Below, one piece after another: positions 1-13,825 of a stretch of 64,000 nt of DNA. The DNA is from Parasitella parasitica NRRL 2501. Taxonomy: Eukaryota; Fungi; Mucoromycota. Position 1 is the first letter of the stretch. Each line of letters starts with the position of its first letter. The notes under the pieces were generated by a model. The model was not told the origin of the DNA, made no database searches, and worked only from the letters and a program-made list of their open reading frames with translations. The stretch lies in assembly GCA_025201805.1 (NCBI GenBank), contig MU619269.1:164708-228707 (forward strand). The letters run 5' to 3'. A program made the translations under genes and the position numbers.

Positions 1-1122
1 AGCATTGACGCAACAATTAGAATCAGTACACGCTACCAGGTATTTACTATTAGTGCTTGTACCATAAGAAATCCTTAAAACAGATTAGTGAATTAACAAG
101 AGGATATTAGGAAAGCCATATTTCGCTTCTTGTCCATGACAAAAATACAATTCAGCAATTCAAATGGTTTTTTCTATATGATGTTATCCCTAACTAAGAG
201 TTGCATAAACCACATGTATTATATGTTTATTACAGCATTTGTGTTTGTGGGTTGCTTAAAAGAATTTTCCATGAATCTTATAAATTTATCAAATAAATAC
301 AGAATCTCGCATGCAGCAGTGATTGTTGTCTGCCCTTCCAGATATTGCTAAGGGAATAGCTCTTGAGTGCTATCAAGCCATATTATACAGTGAAATGATA
401 TACGTCAATGTGGACGCTCTGCTTTGGCCTAGCATAGCACGACGATACCTTATATTTATGGTAAATCAAATGGAACAAACCAAAGTTGAAGATATACTTT
501 TCATTGGTAACTGGATAAACCTTTAAATAATACACCAAACCATTCCAATACATCGAGTAATAAACAGCAGCTGTGCACTTGTACTAATTTATGACCCGTA
601 GCTTTACCTGTTGTCGATATTTCTGAAGCACATTTCTGCTTTCGATGACCAGGAAAGGTAAACAACAGAGAGTCGTATGGTTCAATCAATTATGTACAAA
701 TAAAACCGAATCATTCATATTTTCCGCTGTAATTAAGTCTATTCAGCCGCTGTAGCGCAAGCGGTTTCGATCCCTGCAATTATAAATTGTATATGTGTTA
801 TTATTTGAATTATTATTCCAATAACACAGGGTGGTTAGGATAAAGACATGGCAGTTCAAACGTATTATAACAACTGGAAGTCTTTGCGGTAATTTAAGAC
901 ATCTAACCTCTGGAAGGACATCGAAGCTTATGTATCCATTAAAGGACAATAGAATTTACTAAAACAAAGGAGATCTGGAGGAGGGGGGGCTTGTAATTGC
1001 GAAAAAAAAAAAAAAAAAAAAAAAAAGTATATAAATATTCAATTGCAACACACTCTTTCTCATCTTCTTTCTTACAATAACACTTTTTCTATCAACCCCC
1101 CACTCAACTTATATTATACAAC

Positions 1123-1645
1123 ATGTCTACTCCTGGTGCAGGTAACGCTTCTGCTGGTGCTAAGCTTTTCAAAACTCGTTGTGCCACTTGCCACACCGTT
1201 GAACAGGTAAAATTAGTTGGGCTTTGCAGCAAAAACGGCTTCTAATGCCAACTGGGTTTTTTTTATTATTATTTCAGGGTGCCCCCCACAAGGTTGGTCC
1301 TAATCTCCACGGTTTGTTTGGTCGTAAGTCTGGCCAAGCTGCTGGCTACTCTTATACCGCTGCTAATCAAGAGAAGGGTGTCGTTTGGGATGACAAAACC
1401 CTCTTTGATGTAAGTTTAGAGGAAAACGAATTAGTACATTTTGATTAACCAAAATTACCATGGATAAATAGTACCTCGAGAACCCTAAGCTATACATTCC
1501 CGGTACCAAGATGGCTTTCGCTGGTTTCAAGAAGGCCAAGGATCGTGCTGATGTCGTCGCTTACTTGAAGGTAACTATAACTATATCTCAACACCCCTCC
1601 ATATTTTGATATTGACGTTTATTTAATATTCAGGAATCTTGTTAA
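1123..1645 (+). CDS. CYC1: Cytochrome c (4 exons: 1123-1206, 1278-1409, 1472-1570, 1634-1645)
   Basis: Spliced translation [48 protein letters not shown]...[21 protein letters not shown]...; CxxCH heme motif and Met80 motif; GT-AG introns; TATA-like TATATAAA at ~1028. Confidence 0.97.
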
Positions 1646-2094
1646 GCAACCAACATTAAGAAAGTAAAATGAACGATAAACAAAAATCGAATGGAAAGGA
1701 TAAAAAGGTCATAAAGCAAATGATATTCTATTTATTATAGTATTTATTCTACATATCCTATACATTATTTGTGTCCATCCTGACATTTTTGCCTTTCAGA
1801 TCTTCTGTATTGTTTTCATTCGTCTTTTTATGTACGAAAACCTTTAGAATTCTTTACGCACCTTCTTTTTGCAACCTTTTTTAAAACTATTAAACTCTTT
1901 CATTAATAACCGAAATTTTCGCTTGTATTGTGTAGTTTAAAATATAAATCAAGGATGACCCCCGTTTGAATGCTGTATTTGGTGGTCCGGTTTGTATGAG
2001 ATTGATTTATTTATGAATAAATGTACCGTATATATACATTATAAAAAAAAAAAGGGAATGTAAGGGGAAGACATGAACGAACGCTAAAAACATC

Positions 2095-3048
2095 TTATTC
2101 GAGTGCAATGCTCAATCTTTTGATATCCTTTTCGTCAACTAGGATAAAGTCAATAAGCTGTCTACCAGTAAAATTTCCTTACTTACTTCTCATGGTGGAG
2201 TTTCTGTTAGTGGATCTACTTGGAGCAGAAGGAACATTGCCGAAACCACTGAATGATTGTCTCTTGAAATCCATGGACATGGCCCTGCTGGATCTCTGCT
2301 GATGCACAGGCTGATTCATATCCTTGAGGAAATCAGTAGGGCCTTCATAAGGACGGATTTTAGCCAAGGCGTGGGTTACATTATCAATGTATGCCTTTTT
2401 AGCTGTGGCAGGGTGGTCGAATATAATCAACGCACGAGTATCGGTTAACCATTTGATTTTGTACCCTCCACGGCTACTCTCATAGCTTCTAAAAATATCA
2501 TGTAAATGATGGGTTTTAAAAGCTGGAGGAAAATCATAACAATCCAAAATTACAGTTGGCTCATCAACAGCTGGTACTTCCACTATATATCAGACATTAG
2601 ACACCCACGCTCTCGCCGTAAATAAAATATCGCTAACCTGGCATTTCTTGATATGAATCCATAATACGACTGGCCCTTTTGCTCTTTCTTTTATCGTCAT
2701 CGTTCATACTATATCTGTCGTATTGTCTTAGAATATTCATCCAGTCTTCAGTCTGCTCGTTGTTATCAGGATCCAAAGAATAGTCTCTTTTATCCTTTGG
2801 AAAAACATTAGGATAAGTGTAGGACACGTTTATAAACTACTTACATAATCAGCATCATAATCACCTATGAAACTATTGCGACTGTAACGGTTATTGCTGG
2901 CTGAAGAAGAACGACGATAGTCCATTAGAGATGATCGCTTGTTCCTGTTCAAAGAGCCAGACGAAAGGCTGGGCTCTAGTTGTAGATCACTGCGACGATG
3001 GCTAGCTACGTAGGGCTGTTGTTGGGATGATTGGGAATGGACGTCCAT
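2095..3048 (-). CDS. Uncharacterised protein with C-terminal RRM-like domain (R3HCC1-like), about 4 exons
   Basis: ORFs 2830-3048, 2633-2827 and 2179-2583 join through GT-AG introns; segment ILDCYDFPPAFKTHHLHDIF...YKIKWLTDTRALIIFDHPATAKKAY resembles a degenerate RRM; last exon ends ...RLSIALE* at 2095. Confidence 0.7.
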
Positions 3049-3882
3049 GAGAAAGAAAAAGAAAGGAAAGAGTGGGGTATACTATCAAATATGTATTAAA
3101 AAAAAAAGAAGAGAAAGAAGGTAATCAAAAATACACACACACACGCTCTTGCTTATATACGAGTTGGAACACCGTTAATTTTATCACCTTTGAAAAAGCT
3201 CATGGCGTTCGTCAGTTGACTCTCGGATTCAAACGACATCTCCTTAATACCAGTGAATTTTTGTTTCGGCATCTCCTGATTTTGAGAAATGAATATTCGT
3301 TAGTTACAAACTGGTGCATCAAAGATTGTTTGTTCATCCTGCTTGAAAATAAACATGTAAACAAAATTACGCTGCTATATTTACAAGTCGAGGAGAGACA
3401 CATGGGGGCTCTGCCTATGCGTAATATATCAAGAACACTACCGATTATAACACATGATGCCACTGGGAGGTTGTCAACAATATCGGACAGCATATTTTTG
3501 TCAAATATATCACTTGCTACCTTGGTGTATATGCGCTGTAGAACAACTAGCCAAGCTGCTATTTTTCAGATCACCCTATGCCTAATAATCTTAAATGAAG
3601 ATATTGCAATACTCACTTTTCCGATGCATTATATTCTAAAGTCAAATTTATTGAATACAGAAGGCGTCTCTATCATTTTTCATGTCTATTTACAAACACA
3701 CAGCACATCTCATAAACCATTTTTTTTTCTTTTTTTTTCTTTTTTTTTTTCTTTTTTTATCTCGTTTTAATATTCTTTTCATCATGCTCTCTTTTTTTCC
3801 GCCTCTTCTGTGTGCAATTTAAAATGTGATCAAGAAAACTAGAAATATAAACAAGGGATAGCGGAATGAATGAAAACAAAAT

Positions 3883-4793
3883 CTAGTAGGGCGAATAATA
3901 ACCACCTCTTCCGCGACTAGTAGTGTGAAATTGGGTGAGTATTTAAACGAAACCCAAGATTTTTTCAACTTACCCTCTTCCACGGTAACCATACATGGGA
4001 GAATGACCATAATAGCCCATACCACCACCACCGCCACGGTATCCACCACGACCACGGCCTCTACCACGTGCAGAAAATCCAGGAACATTTGTACGTTTTG
4101 GTTTAACACTTAATAAACGTGAGCGGAATAGACTTTCATTAAGGGCAACAGCAGCATTGACGAAGCTAGGCTCTGCAAACTCAACATATGCAAATCTAGT
4201 GGCTGTGTAAGAATAACAGGTGACTACATTTCAATTAGATGGATAACATACCCTTTGGGATGACCAGTGAATTTGTCGCAAAGAATCGTAACTCTGTTGA
4301 TGGTACCGCAAGATTGGAAATGAGCTTGGAGTTCTTCAGGAGAGGCTCCATAATCAACCTGTTTAAACGATCAATTGTCTGTTGACATATTGATTTTTTC
4401 AGTATTTATCCTTACATTTCCAACATAAACAGAACGAGAATCTACCGCTTCCTTGTCTAGATGCAAGCATATATTAGACTCAATAACCTCCAATGCAATT
4501 TGCTGATTACATACCTTCTTCGGGAGCAAGTTGCTGCTCAACCTCGGCTTGCATATCACGCAACTTGGCTGCTTCAGCCTCCATTTCCTTCACTCTTTGC
4601 TTCATAGCCTCCAACTCCTACACCGTGTGGTTTAGAAGAAATCGCCAAACAATTGTACAAACAATTTTTTTTTTACCTTGTCAACTTCAGTGTTGTCTTC
4701 AGTAGATTCGTTGTGCTCCTCAGTAGTGGGCTTTGTAGCTTCAAGGCTTTCTAACTCCTTGAGCTCGTCAGCTTCCGTATGATGTTCACTCAT
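3883..4793 (-). CDS. PAB2: Nuclear poly(A)-binding protein 2 (PABPN1/Pab2-like), multi-exon
   Basis: Coiled coil [20 protein letters not shown]; [16 protein letters not shown]...[18 protein letters not shown]; RG-rich tail ending RGGYYSPY*. Confidence 0.92.
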
Positions 4794-4958
4794 TTTTGCA
4801 GAATGTATATAAGAAAAGAGAAAAAAAAAAAAAATTTAGACGCGCTCCATTTCAGCATTTGATAAACAGTGTTGGACTTGTTATTCTACGTCACTTTGAC
4901 ATGAACATGTGTGCCGTGCAAGAGAGACATGGTGTTGGAGTAAGCATGTGCCTTTTAT

Positions 4959-6160
4959 TTATAGTTTGGATACAGTTTGCTTGGATAAGGCCAATTTCTG
5001 CTTGTATAAGTTCTCGACTTCTTGCCAAACAGGAGATTGATCTCGAATCCTTAAAGCCATCATTGTTGGCAGTAGATCATGGGAGAACATGTCGGAACTT
5101 TCTCTCGGTAAAAGTGTAGGAAGATGATCAATGGAAATGACATCTAGCGGTCTAGGGTTACTAGTCTCAACCGGGACAGTAGGCTTATCAAATGTCGTGT
5201 TTATGCTATATACGGGGATAGGGTTATTGGGGTTGGTTGTGTCGCAACTTACATCGCATATGACAGATAACCTTCTACCTTGGCCGTCAATCATTTGCTG
5301 TGTGATAAAAGAAGGGATCTTTTTGTTCAAATAAATGCAATTGACAAAGATGTCAGAGGAAATAATCTCGGGAAATGGCCCTCCATGCTTAGTTTCCTGC
5401 ATATCCCATTTGACGATGTTTTCATCGGGAATACCTGCCTTGCGAGCAAAGTCAACGGCGCCAGAGCCACAACGTCCTAAAGCACCCATGACCATCAATG
5501 TAGGATATCGATTATTATTCAAGAGGATAGCAGTAGAAAGTCTCTTTTTAATATAATCTATCAAAGCCTTTTCATTAAGGAAGGGCTTCAATGCACCAAA
5601 AGTCTCCTTGGGGTTTGTCTGTTGGTGACACCAAACGTCCAGACTGACAGCTGCACCAGCAAAGCCAGCCATATAGCCAAAGGCAGCAACACGACGACCC
5701 TGCTTGTCATTTAAAAACTCCAAGTCCAGGATTGTGCCCTTTCCTGCATCAAAACGACTCAATAGTTCTTTCCAGCCACTTTGGTTCTTGAAACAATGAG
5801 CAAAAAAAATATGTGTGTGATGCAATGGAGAATCGTCATTCTCGGGAAGCTCTTTCAATCCAACAATGTAAGCATCGGGAGGAGCTTTGGTTTTCCAGCT
5901 TTGAAAAGGCACAATGGTACAGCCGATACTGAAATAAATTGAGTATATCTCGAGAGATAATAAAAAAAAAACTCGGCTAAAACTCACTCTCCATATTCCT
6001 TGTCATCAAAAATACGCTGTGTGGATTGTTCAACAGTAACTCGGAAACCTGCGTCAAGAAGCTTTTTTGCATTGACAGGAGTTAATGCCGCACGGTATTC
6101 CATAGGTTTGGTCTCTGCACGAAGCCAGAGATGTGGACAGCTTGCATTAGTACTAGACAT
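4959..6160 (-). CDS. LYS1: Saccharopine dehydrogenase (NAD+, L-lysine-forming), 2 exons
   Basis: N-terminal HLWLRAETKPMEYRAAL; GLKELP, FAHCFKNQ, GALGRCGSGA, DHLPTLLPRESS motifs; intron ~5929-5987. Confidence 0.96.
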
Positions 6161-7983
6161 TTGTAAGAGGGAAAAGAGAAAAATTGATGCTCAAGTCTTT
6201 TCTCACTTCCCAGATGAAACCGTACCAAGATTTGGTCCCGGAGGAGCATTAGTTTTTGTTCGTTCGACACTGAGCCAATTACATTCTATGTGAGGTCAAG
6301 ATGAAGATGGATAGATAGATAAAAGATATTCTCCTTTATCAATATCAAAGATTTAGCTACAAAGCATCACTGAAAGAGATAAATACAAACTTTCTTACAA
6401 AGTCATGTTTGCTACCAACTACTGCTGAAATTCGAATGGGCCTTGAGTCAGCATTGTTGGTTTGCATGAACAAAAATTGTCAGCGTTTTTAGTATACAAC
6501 TATGATTTAAAGAGGTGAAATCAGTACTATAATTTGAAAATTTTGTTCAGCTAATTGAATGGAGGTATCCCAAGGCCCTCAAACCCCTTTCTACTAATTC
6601 ACGCTGCTGTATTTACAGAAAGAAGTGTATCATTGAGGTTCTGGACGATCATGTAGTTTACAGGGAGCAATATGCCTCAAGTTTGCCAAAATTCTTGAAT
6701 GTCATTTTTAAGGTATATTTGGAGGCGTCCTTTCTCAAATCCAAAATCCCAGTTCCGTGCTTTAGTCATAGCAAAGACTATATTAGTCTTTTTGAAAGTT
6801 TACGATAAGGCCCCAACTGCACTAGATGGATATATATATTAAAAAGACTAACGGACAAAGTAATTACCATTAGCAAAGGCATATAGGAGACATGGTAGTG
6901 ATTAATTTAAGCAGTGAAAAACGTCCCTATAAATGAGTTTTCTTCTCAAACTTATGAAGCGTTAATTCCCGGAATTCAACAAGAGACAGGAACGAGAGTG
7001 TCCTGAATGTCCAGTTTGTTTCACATGCCAGCTACCTACAACCAGCTGCTAAAATGATGGTGTTTGAGGGCCGAGTGGAGCTGCGTGAGCTGGTTGGCTT
7101 GACTGGTCCTGTCTTGTCTGTTCCTGTGTCTTCTTCTGCTGGTTCTTCTGTTGCTGGTGGCAGCATGTTCTTGGTTCCGGGTGGTTTGCGGACAGTGCGC
7201 ATGTCCAGCAGGATGGGGTAATTGGGCTGGTTGCAGCAGGCAAAGATAAATAAGGATTTATTTCAACTTCTTGGGGATGAGATTGTGGGCAGCCGCTTTG
7301 CGGATCACTAAACAATACAAACAGGCTACAAGTGAAGGAAGGAAAGGATTGTGTCTGTGACCCTGGGTAAATAGAATATATATATAAAATCTATCAAAAG
7401 GGTGATGGGACAGCATGTATAGATTCTATTTAGATGGAGAGGCGTCAACTGCAATGCTTGCAGATATATCGTGTTAATCTTTCAAAGGAGCAAGCGCAGC
7501 CTGCATCTAGTCAGCCATTGGACTAAAATCTTTGCATGCCTGGTGTGCCATTACCAGTAAGGTCCGTATCGAATTGAAGGATATATGACCTGTAAACAAT
7601 GACATTAGATATGCCCTAGATAAACAATCCGCATGTATCATTATCGTGTGTAAGCGAATACAAGCGAACAAGTATGAAGGCATGAGCGAAGCGAGCCAAT
7701 AAATCTTAAAAGGCAGATCTAATTTCTGGAAAGACGATAGGTCTCTGTATATATCTACTATGTATCTTTATCAAACGCAAACCGTGGCAAACAAAGATGC
7801 TCTATTAACTGGAAACAAAAATAGCAATGTCCTGCATGTAATGCCTTTATAAAGAATTACCCAATAACCAATGTGATTTTTGGATTGTATGCGTGGCATG
7901 TACACAGAAGATGCAGGCTCAGGGTTAAAAGTTACTGATAGCCGGGAAATCTATTTGTCAATTTCAAGTGTTTATTCGAAAGA

Positions 7984-7984
<1 letters not shown>

Positions 7985-8042
<58 letters not shown>
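7985..8042 (+). repeat. Poly(A) homopolymer, about 58 nt
   Basis: Directly visible run. Confidence 0.95.
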
Positions 8043-8044
<2 letters not shown>

Positions 8045-8091
8045 GGTATCGTATTAAGCACAGGATGACTATATATACATATAGGCTTTAC

Positions 8092-8814
8092 TCAAGCAGT
8101 AATAGCTGTCTTCTCCATCAACTCTTGTAAAGCTTGGAAGGCATCATTTGAAATTTTACTTTCTAGGATTGATGGAGATTCAATGGTTGAAATCAATTTT
8201 TTGGGGGTCGAAGGAGTAAATGAAGGAAGACTTTTCTTGGGTGTTGCTTCTAATTTCGGGGCATGTTGATTCATCCCTCCATCTAATGAGGGGCGGCGAG
8301 GCAACGGACTAATGCTTGAAAGGCGAATGGCTTCTTGAATGTATGGATTATTGGCTGTAGCTAACAAGGCTTCTTCATATGTAAACCAGCGACGATCACG
8401 TCTCTTGCGTTCAGGATACTTTTTTACAATTTCGTCAATTTCCATTTCAAAAATCCAATGATGGGCTTTGATCTTTCTGTTCGCACGCTCTACGAAGACA
8501 CCCAGCTGGTGAGTAATATGGCCTTTGATGCCAGCTTCTTCCCAAGTCTCTCTGAGAGCTGCTTGTTCTTGAGTCTCGTCAGTCTCCCAACCACCTTTTG
8601 GAATAACCCAAGCTTCGGGATTCTTGCTAGAGGAAACCAAAATAAATCTTTTTGAAGCAGGATCAATTGGTAGACATCCAGCAACCTGCCTAATGTCATG
8701 AGCATCTGTTACGTCTTTACCATGGCCATGCCTGGCTTTTTTTGTATATTCCACAGTAGTTGTGCTAGCAGACTTGTCCTCAGGGGGAGGCGTACACAGA
8801 GATCTTGGGGACAT
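8092..8814 (-). CDS. Nudix hydrolase, diphosphoinositol-polyphosphate diphosphatase (DIPP/Ddp1/Aps1) type
   Basis: Nudix box PKGGWETDETQEQAALRETWEEAGI; RQVAGCLP and YPERKRRDRRWF motifs typical of the DIPP family. Confidence 0.88.
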   Translation of the reverse strand: MSPRSLCTPPPEDKSASTTTVEYTKKARHGHGKDVTDAHDIRQVAGCLPIDPASKRFILVSSSKNPEAWVIPKGGWETDETQEQAALRETWEEAGIKGHITHQLGVFVERANRKIKAHHWIFEMEIDEIVKKYPERKRRDRRWFTYEEALLATANNPYIQEAIRLSSISPLPRRPSLDGGMNQHAPKLEATPKKSLPSFTPSTPKKLISTIESPSILESKISNDAFQALQELMEKTAITA

Positions 8815-10074
8815 TTCACAAGGAAAGAGGAAGAAAGAAAAACTAAAAATACCCTTCCGAGATACTATTTATATACAGAGCAAACCTTTGGTGAATGAAT
8901 ATTCTGCGGTGATTACACTTTTCGCCTTTAGTTAGCGTCATGGCTTCCATAAATAGCCTTTTTCGCCTGGTTTCCAAGCTCTCTTTTGGTTTATATACAA
9001 GTGAGGTACATATATAAAGCATGAATACTTGCGCTGATAACCTTACACCATGTGAGAGATATGGGCTCTACAACAGCAAACGACAAAGCACACCGGAAGA
9101 CTTGTATAGATTATGAGGTAATTGAAAGCCCCGTGAAGATGTTTTTGTCATGAAATTCTTTGTCAGATTAAAATACAAACATATAAAATTACTTTGAAGA
9201 AACAAAAATCGTTATTCGCATAATATCTTAACGTAATCAAATAATAACAGCTGAGCAGAGTTGCAAAATTTGATATACAAGTTGTACCAGTAAAAGATCA
9301 TGCACTCATTTTCCTCCAGATGTTGTAGACACATGATACTCTCCGGTCTCTTTTGCTGTCGGCATAGTCAATAAAACGAAGGTCATGTCAGATACCTTTT
9401 TATTTACAACAATCAAGATCATAACTTTGATATGTAATCACTATCAAGTATCATTTATACCTTTCCTTTAGCCCAAAGGCGTATTATTCATCAGTTACAT
9501 TTCTGTATAGTGCTTCTGAAATAGCTCCAGTTATCAAAAGAGTTTTTCTGAGAACTAAGGATAAAATTAGCTTTCAGTATGAATGCCTTTTGGTAGATTC
9601 GACATATTGCAGTTTCCCATAGAAGTAACATGAAGTTGGCTAAATTACTACTTGAGTGCCTATGTATTTTGCTCAACATAATACTACTGACTATCCATTC
9701 AATCGAGACATGCATTTACCGACACTCTCTTTTTTTCACTAAATTGGCTTTTCCACACATCGCAAAACAAATGTTGGTACAAAGAGGAAGATAGCTTTCT
9801 GGGCATCAAGTGCTATTTAACTATACCTTCACTATTTAAATCCTCTCTCTCTTGTCCCACACATAGCATCGCCTTCTTCACCTGAAAGGGGTTAAAACAT
9901 AAGATGCCCAAAACAACTACAGACACTACGACAATTGCAAATGTAATTGATCATGCTTTTTTAATAAGATAAAAAAAAAAGCCTATTTTTTAAACAAAAA
10001 TACGAAAAATCAGGTGAAAAATGACAGATAAAAATCTCTTTTTCTTTTTTCGATTCGATTTTCTTCTTGTTGGT

Positions 10075-10822
10075 TTACTTGAGAGGAACAAACTTGGAAG
10101 AACTGGTGGCACCAATACCGGGACGACCGTGCTTGACAGGCTTGTAAGAGATGGAGAATTCAGCGAGATAGTGACCAGTCATCTCAGGCTTGATTTCAAC
10201 TTGGGTGAAGGTCTTACCGTTGTAGACACCAACAATAGAGCCAATCATCTCAGGGACGATAATCATGTTACGGAGGTGAGTCTTGACAACCTCAGGCTTC
10301 TCGCCAGCGGGGGCGTTCTTCTTGGCAGCACGGAGCTTCTTGATGAGACCCATAGGCTTACGCTTAAGACCACGTTGAAATCTTCTGCGAGCACGGCAGT
10401 GAACGAGCTCCATGAACTGATTCAAAACACCTTAGTCTGTGATTTCGCGTATCCATGGTGTTTGACGAGCTTACCTGTTCAGAAGACAAGTCCAAGAGTT
10501 GGTCAAGGTCGATACCACGGTAGGTAAACTTACGGAAAGTTCTCTTTCTAGGAGTAGTTTGCTCGTCAGCCTAAGTAAATTGTATTAATGACTTGCTCTC
10601 TATCAAATCAAGACTGAAGGCATTGATGGGCAAAGGTTAAATGAAATCTCCAATTGCAGGCGTATGTGTGTATGTGTGTGAATATGTCATGGATCGAAAT
10701 GCGGTGTATACGATATTATCATTCAATGATGGCGGGTTGAATTCTTTCATCCATCCATTTAACACTTTGTATCATCTACCCCGTCTATCCACTGCAAGTT
10801 TTTATGATGGATACAATACCAT
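10075..10822 (-). CDS. RPS15: 40S ribosomal protein S15 (uS19); exons 10820-10822 (ATG only), 10475-10570, 10075-10416
   Basis: [20 protein letters not shown]...[25 protein letters not shown]...[12 protein letters not shown]; the start exon is inferred from a pyrimidine tract followed by ATG|GT. Confidence 0.95.
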
Positions 10823-11428
10823 AATGAGGAAAAAAGGGGAGATCACTAGATTACGAGTTTACAGAACCCATATAATCCCCTCACCATTTCACCACCCTGA
10901 TGCAGTTGATCCAATGAATTACACTGTCCGTTCCGAACAAATTATTGCCCGTGCTGAACAAGATATCGCCCAATCAGCTTAGATTACTAAGTAAGGCAAT
11001 ACATTTGGTCAAGATGAAGAGTACATGTTGTGAAAAGACGTTAAATAAAACACTGGAGTGCGTCTCCCTTAGAAAAAAAAAAGTATATTTTGTGATTAAA
11101 TGTATTAAAATCATCTTAATAAAAGAATTTGTGTTTGAAGTGAGTAAGGGAGGAGTCTCGGATAGCGTACCCACTCAGTAAAAGTAAGAAAATAAAGTGA
11201 AAAAATACAGCAATCTCAACTTTCAAGCACCCTTTTGAGCATCAGATGTAGAAACAGTATGATAAAGACATAATATTGTTGCTGCCGTTAATTGCCAGTG
11301 AATGCTTTCTGTTCCGAAAAAAAAAACTATATTATTTATAATTAGTTTGGTACAAATTGGGAGTACCCGCCAAAACTGTAAAAAGTACAATATTCCACTG
11401 TCTTTACTCAAACGTGTCAAAATGATAA

Positions 11429-11578
11429 GTACCTCTCTTGTAGGTTTTCAGGAATATTACATTTCTTAGACTTAAAATGTGGTTTTTTTTGAGTGACAGG
11501 TTACATATTTCGTTCATGTGCTTATAAATGGCTGATTTTGTTAAGCTAAAAATCCTCAAAGGATTTAGTTAAACTTTC
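11429..11578 (-). pseudogene. Tc1/IS630-like transposase remnant, downstream piece
   Basis: With frameshifts translates to ESLTKSFEDFSLTKSAIYKHMNEICNLSLKKPHFKSKKCNIPENLQERY, which continues the piece at 13826-14247. Confidence 0.7.
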
Positions 11579-11580
11579 AC

Positions 11581-13825
11581 CTTCAGTCTTTTTCTGAAAA
11601 CGTCATAGTATTTGTGATAATATATATTAGGTTTTCTGATAACAGACCTTTTATTTCTGATAAAAGTTGAGAAGTTTCTGAGAAAAGAGAAATGTCTTCC
11701 AAGATTATTTCAAGTAGGGACTAGTAGTATTATATACAATCACATTTTTAGATTTCTATATTAGATTACAAATGCCATTGTGCAGGAGCAATAGGTATTT
11801 TCAAATGAATCACTATTTAGGTTTTTTATCACAACCTTAATCCTAACCTCAATGTTACTTCCTATTTTACATGTTTAGCATTAGAATTACAAAAAAAGGA
11901 TTTCTTGAACTGGCATTAAGCATTATTACGAGCAACAATGGTAATAGGGCTTCTCTGTCTCTAGCAATTAGCAATTTGTGAATTATTCACAAATAACAAG
12001 GGGTTATTTCAGCAAAGTATTCTTTAATTATCCTCTTCTTCTTTAAACTCGATGGGCCACACCTGTTTCATCATGTTACTATGAAGAAAGTATACTTGTT
12101 GCATCAAAAATACTTACTTTATAGGGCTTTGTCATCTACTAAAATTGAAGTTGACGTGATACTATCTCCAGATAGATATTTTTTACAGCTTAAAAGCAAA
12201 AACTTTAGCTTCACGTGCCATATTTTGATTAATTTTCATAATCAAAAGTGCCCTGAAAACACAAAAGATAGTATCCATTGATAAAAAACTATATTATATA
12301 TGATTTTGGTGTAATTTGAGCATGATTTTTTTTTCGATGCTAAATGACGGATTTTTTCGATTTTTTCCTTGTGTCTACACATCAAAAATTGTCGATTATG
12401 TATTATTCGCGGTTTTGACCTCAAAAATGCGACTTTTTACTATAGCATATATTGGAGGAAAATGATCATAAAAGACCATTTCTTGATCTGAAAGACTGAA
12501 AATGCGTTCTGATTAAGCAAAACATTGACATTTCCCTCTTGAACTGATTTAAGGTTTTCTCAACAGAACTACTTTTATAAGCATTCAGGAATGATGAAAT
12601 GATACCATCGTGTAAAGTGCCCAAAAATACAGCTATTATCATAGATTGACACCAGTGGTATGCATAGTATCAGAAGATGATATCTTGCCTCAAAGGAGTA
12701 ATTTTGATTTCGAATTGTCCAAATGGAGATTCTGAAAGAATTTTCTCTTCCTAATTTTGGACGCGTTTAATCTCCGCTATTAAAGAAAAATGGTGCTTTT
12801 TTGAAGAAAGCATAAGCTTTGAGAAGCCATAGCTTACCCAATTCAAGAGAAAACAATTAAAGCTTTAGTTATTTAAATTATGTGCTTCTCGGCTTTCTAA
12901 TGGTAGTATTTGCATGTCTGTGCATGGCTTGGAAATCTCACGCTTCGATTTTTAAAAATACTTTGCCGAAAAAAAGTCAGAAAAGTCGTTACCTTCATCT
13001 GTTGTCAACTTGAAACGTACAAAAACATGCAAATATGTAAATCAAAAGGTGCCTTATTGTCTAATAAATTGCTTTAAATTACTTGTTTTTGTGTCTGAAA
13101 TCGCTAAACATTGTTTTCTTACAGTTTTTGTCTCTTTTCTTACAATAGAACACTGAAGTTCGCGTAGACCAAAAAAAAAAAATAGGCGCCTGATATCTAC
13201 GCTGGCTTTACAAAGACACACACTTTTGAACCGTTCCAATATAATTATGGAAAAGATGGCACAGGTTTGGCTATCTGTTCTATTGTCTAACTAGATATAG
13301 AGAACCCAGTTTGGTACTTGTCTGACAAGACCTTCTACACTAGAAGACGCCAGATCATAACTGAAGGTACAAGAAAAAGCCAGAGAAAGGAAACAATCTG
13401 CCATCAGGATAACACACCCATTCATAAAAAATTCATCGGTATAAAAATTTATGAAATCCAAGGACATAAACGTATTTATCTTTAACCTTGTTCTTCGTTT
13501 CTGAATCCAATTAAAGTTTTTTGATCCAAAGTCAACAGATACACTTACACTCAGAATCACAGATGCTTGTCAATAAACAACCATAACCTTTTTTAAAGAC
13601 TACCTTGAACCTAAATATATGATGTAGATAGCTTATTTGATAAAACACTTTTTTTGTATTTTCACTATGAATAAAACAAAGCTTTTACTCTCTTCTCTCA
13701 GAAACTTTTTAGCTTTTATCAGATACTAAAGGTGTTTTACCAGAAATCCCTAATATATATTATCACAATCACCATGTCCTTTATCATTAACTTGAACTTT
13801 TTCTTCAGAAACTGCAAAATGACAG
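11581..13825. mobile_element. Degenerate ~2.2 kb TIR DNA element nested in a Tc1 transposase
   Basis: Imperfect ~85 bp inverted repeats at ~11604-11692 and ~13687-13775 (tgtgataatatatattagg...ctgataaaag...agtttctgaga); interrupts a transposase reading frame. Confidence 0.7.

Noticed and set aside
744-778. tRNA-like fragment (GCCGCTGTAGCGCAAGCGGT...TTCGATCCC)
   Set aside because: A-box-like and B-box-like pieces are adjacent with no anticodon arm or acceptor stem, so no cloverleaf can be built
3072-3770. 232-codon plus-strand ORF
   Set aside because: Non-ATG start, low-complexity ends and no recognisable motifs; lies in the spacer between two real genes
10021-10527. Antisense ORFs over RPS15 (likewise 51635-52358 over RAD7 and 58106-58696 over MET3)
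   Set aside because: Shadow frames of well-supported genes on the opposite strand
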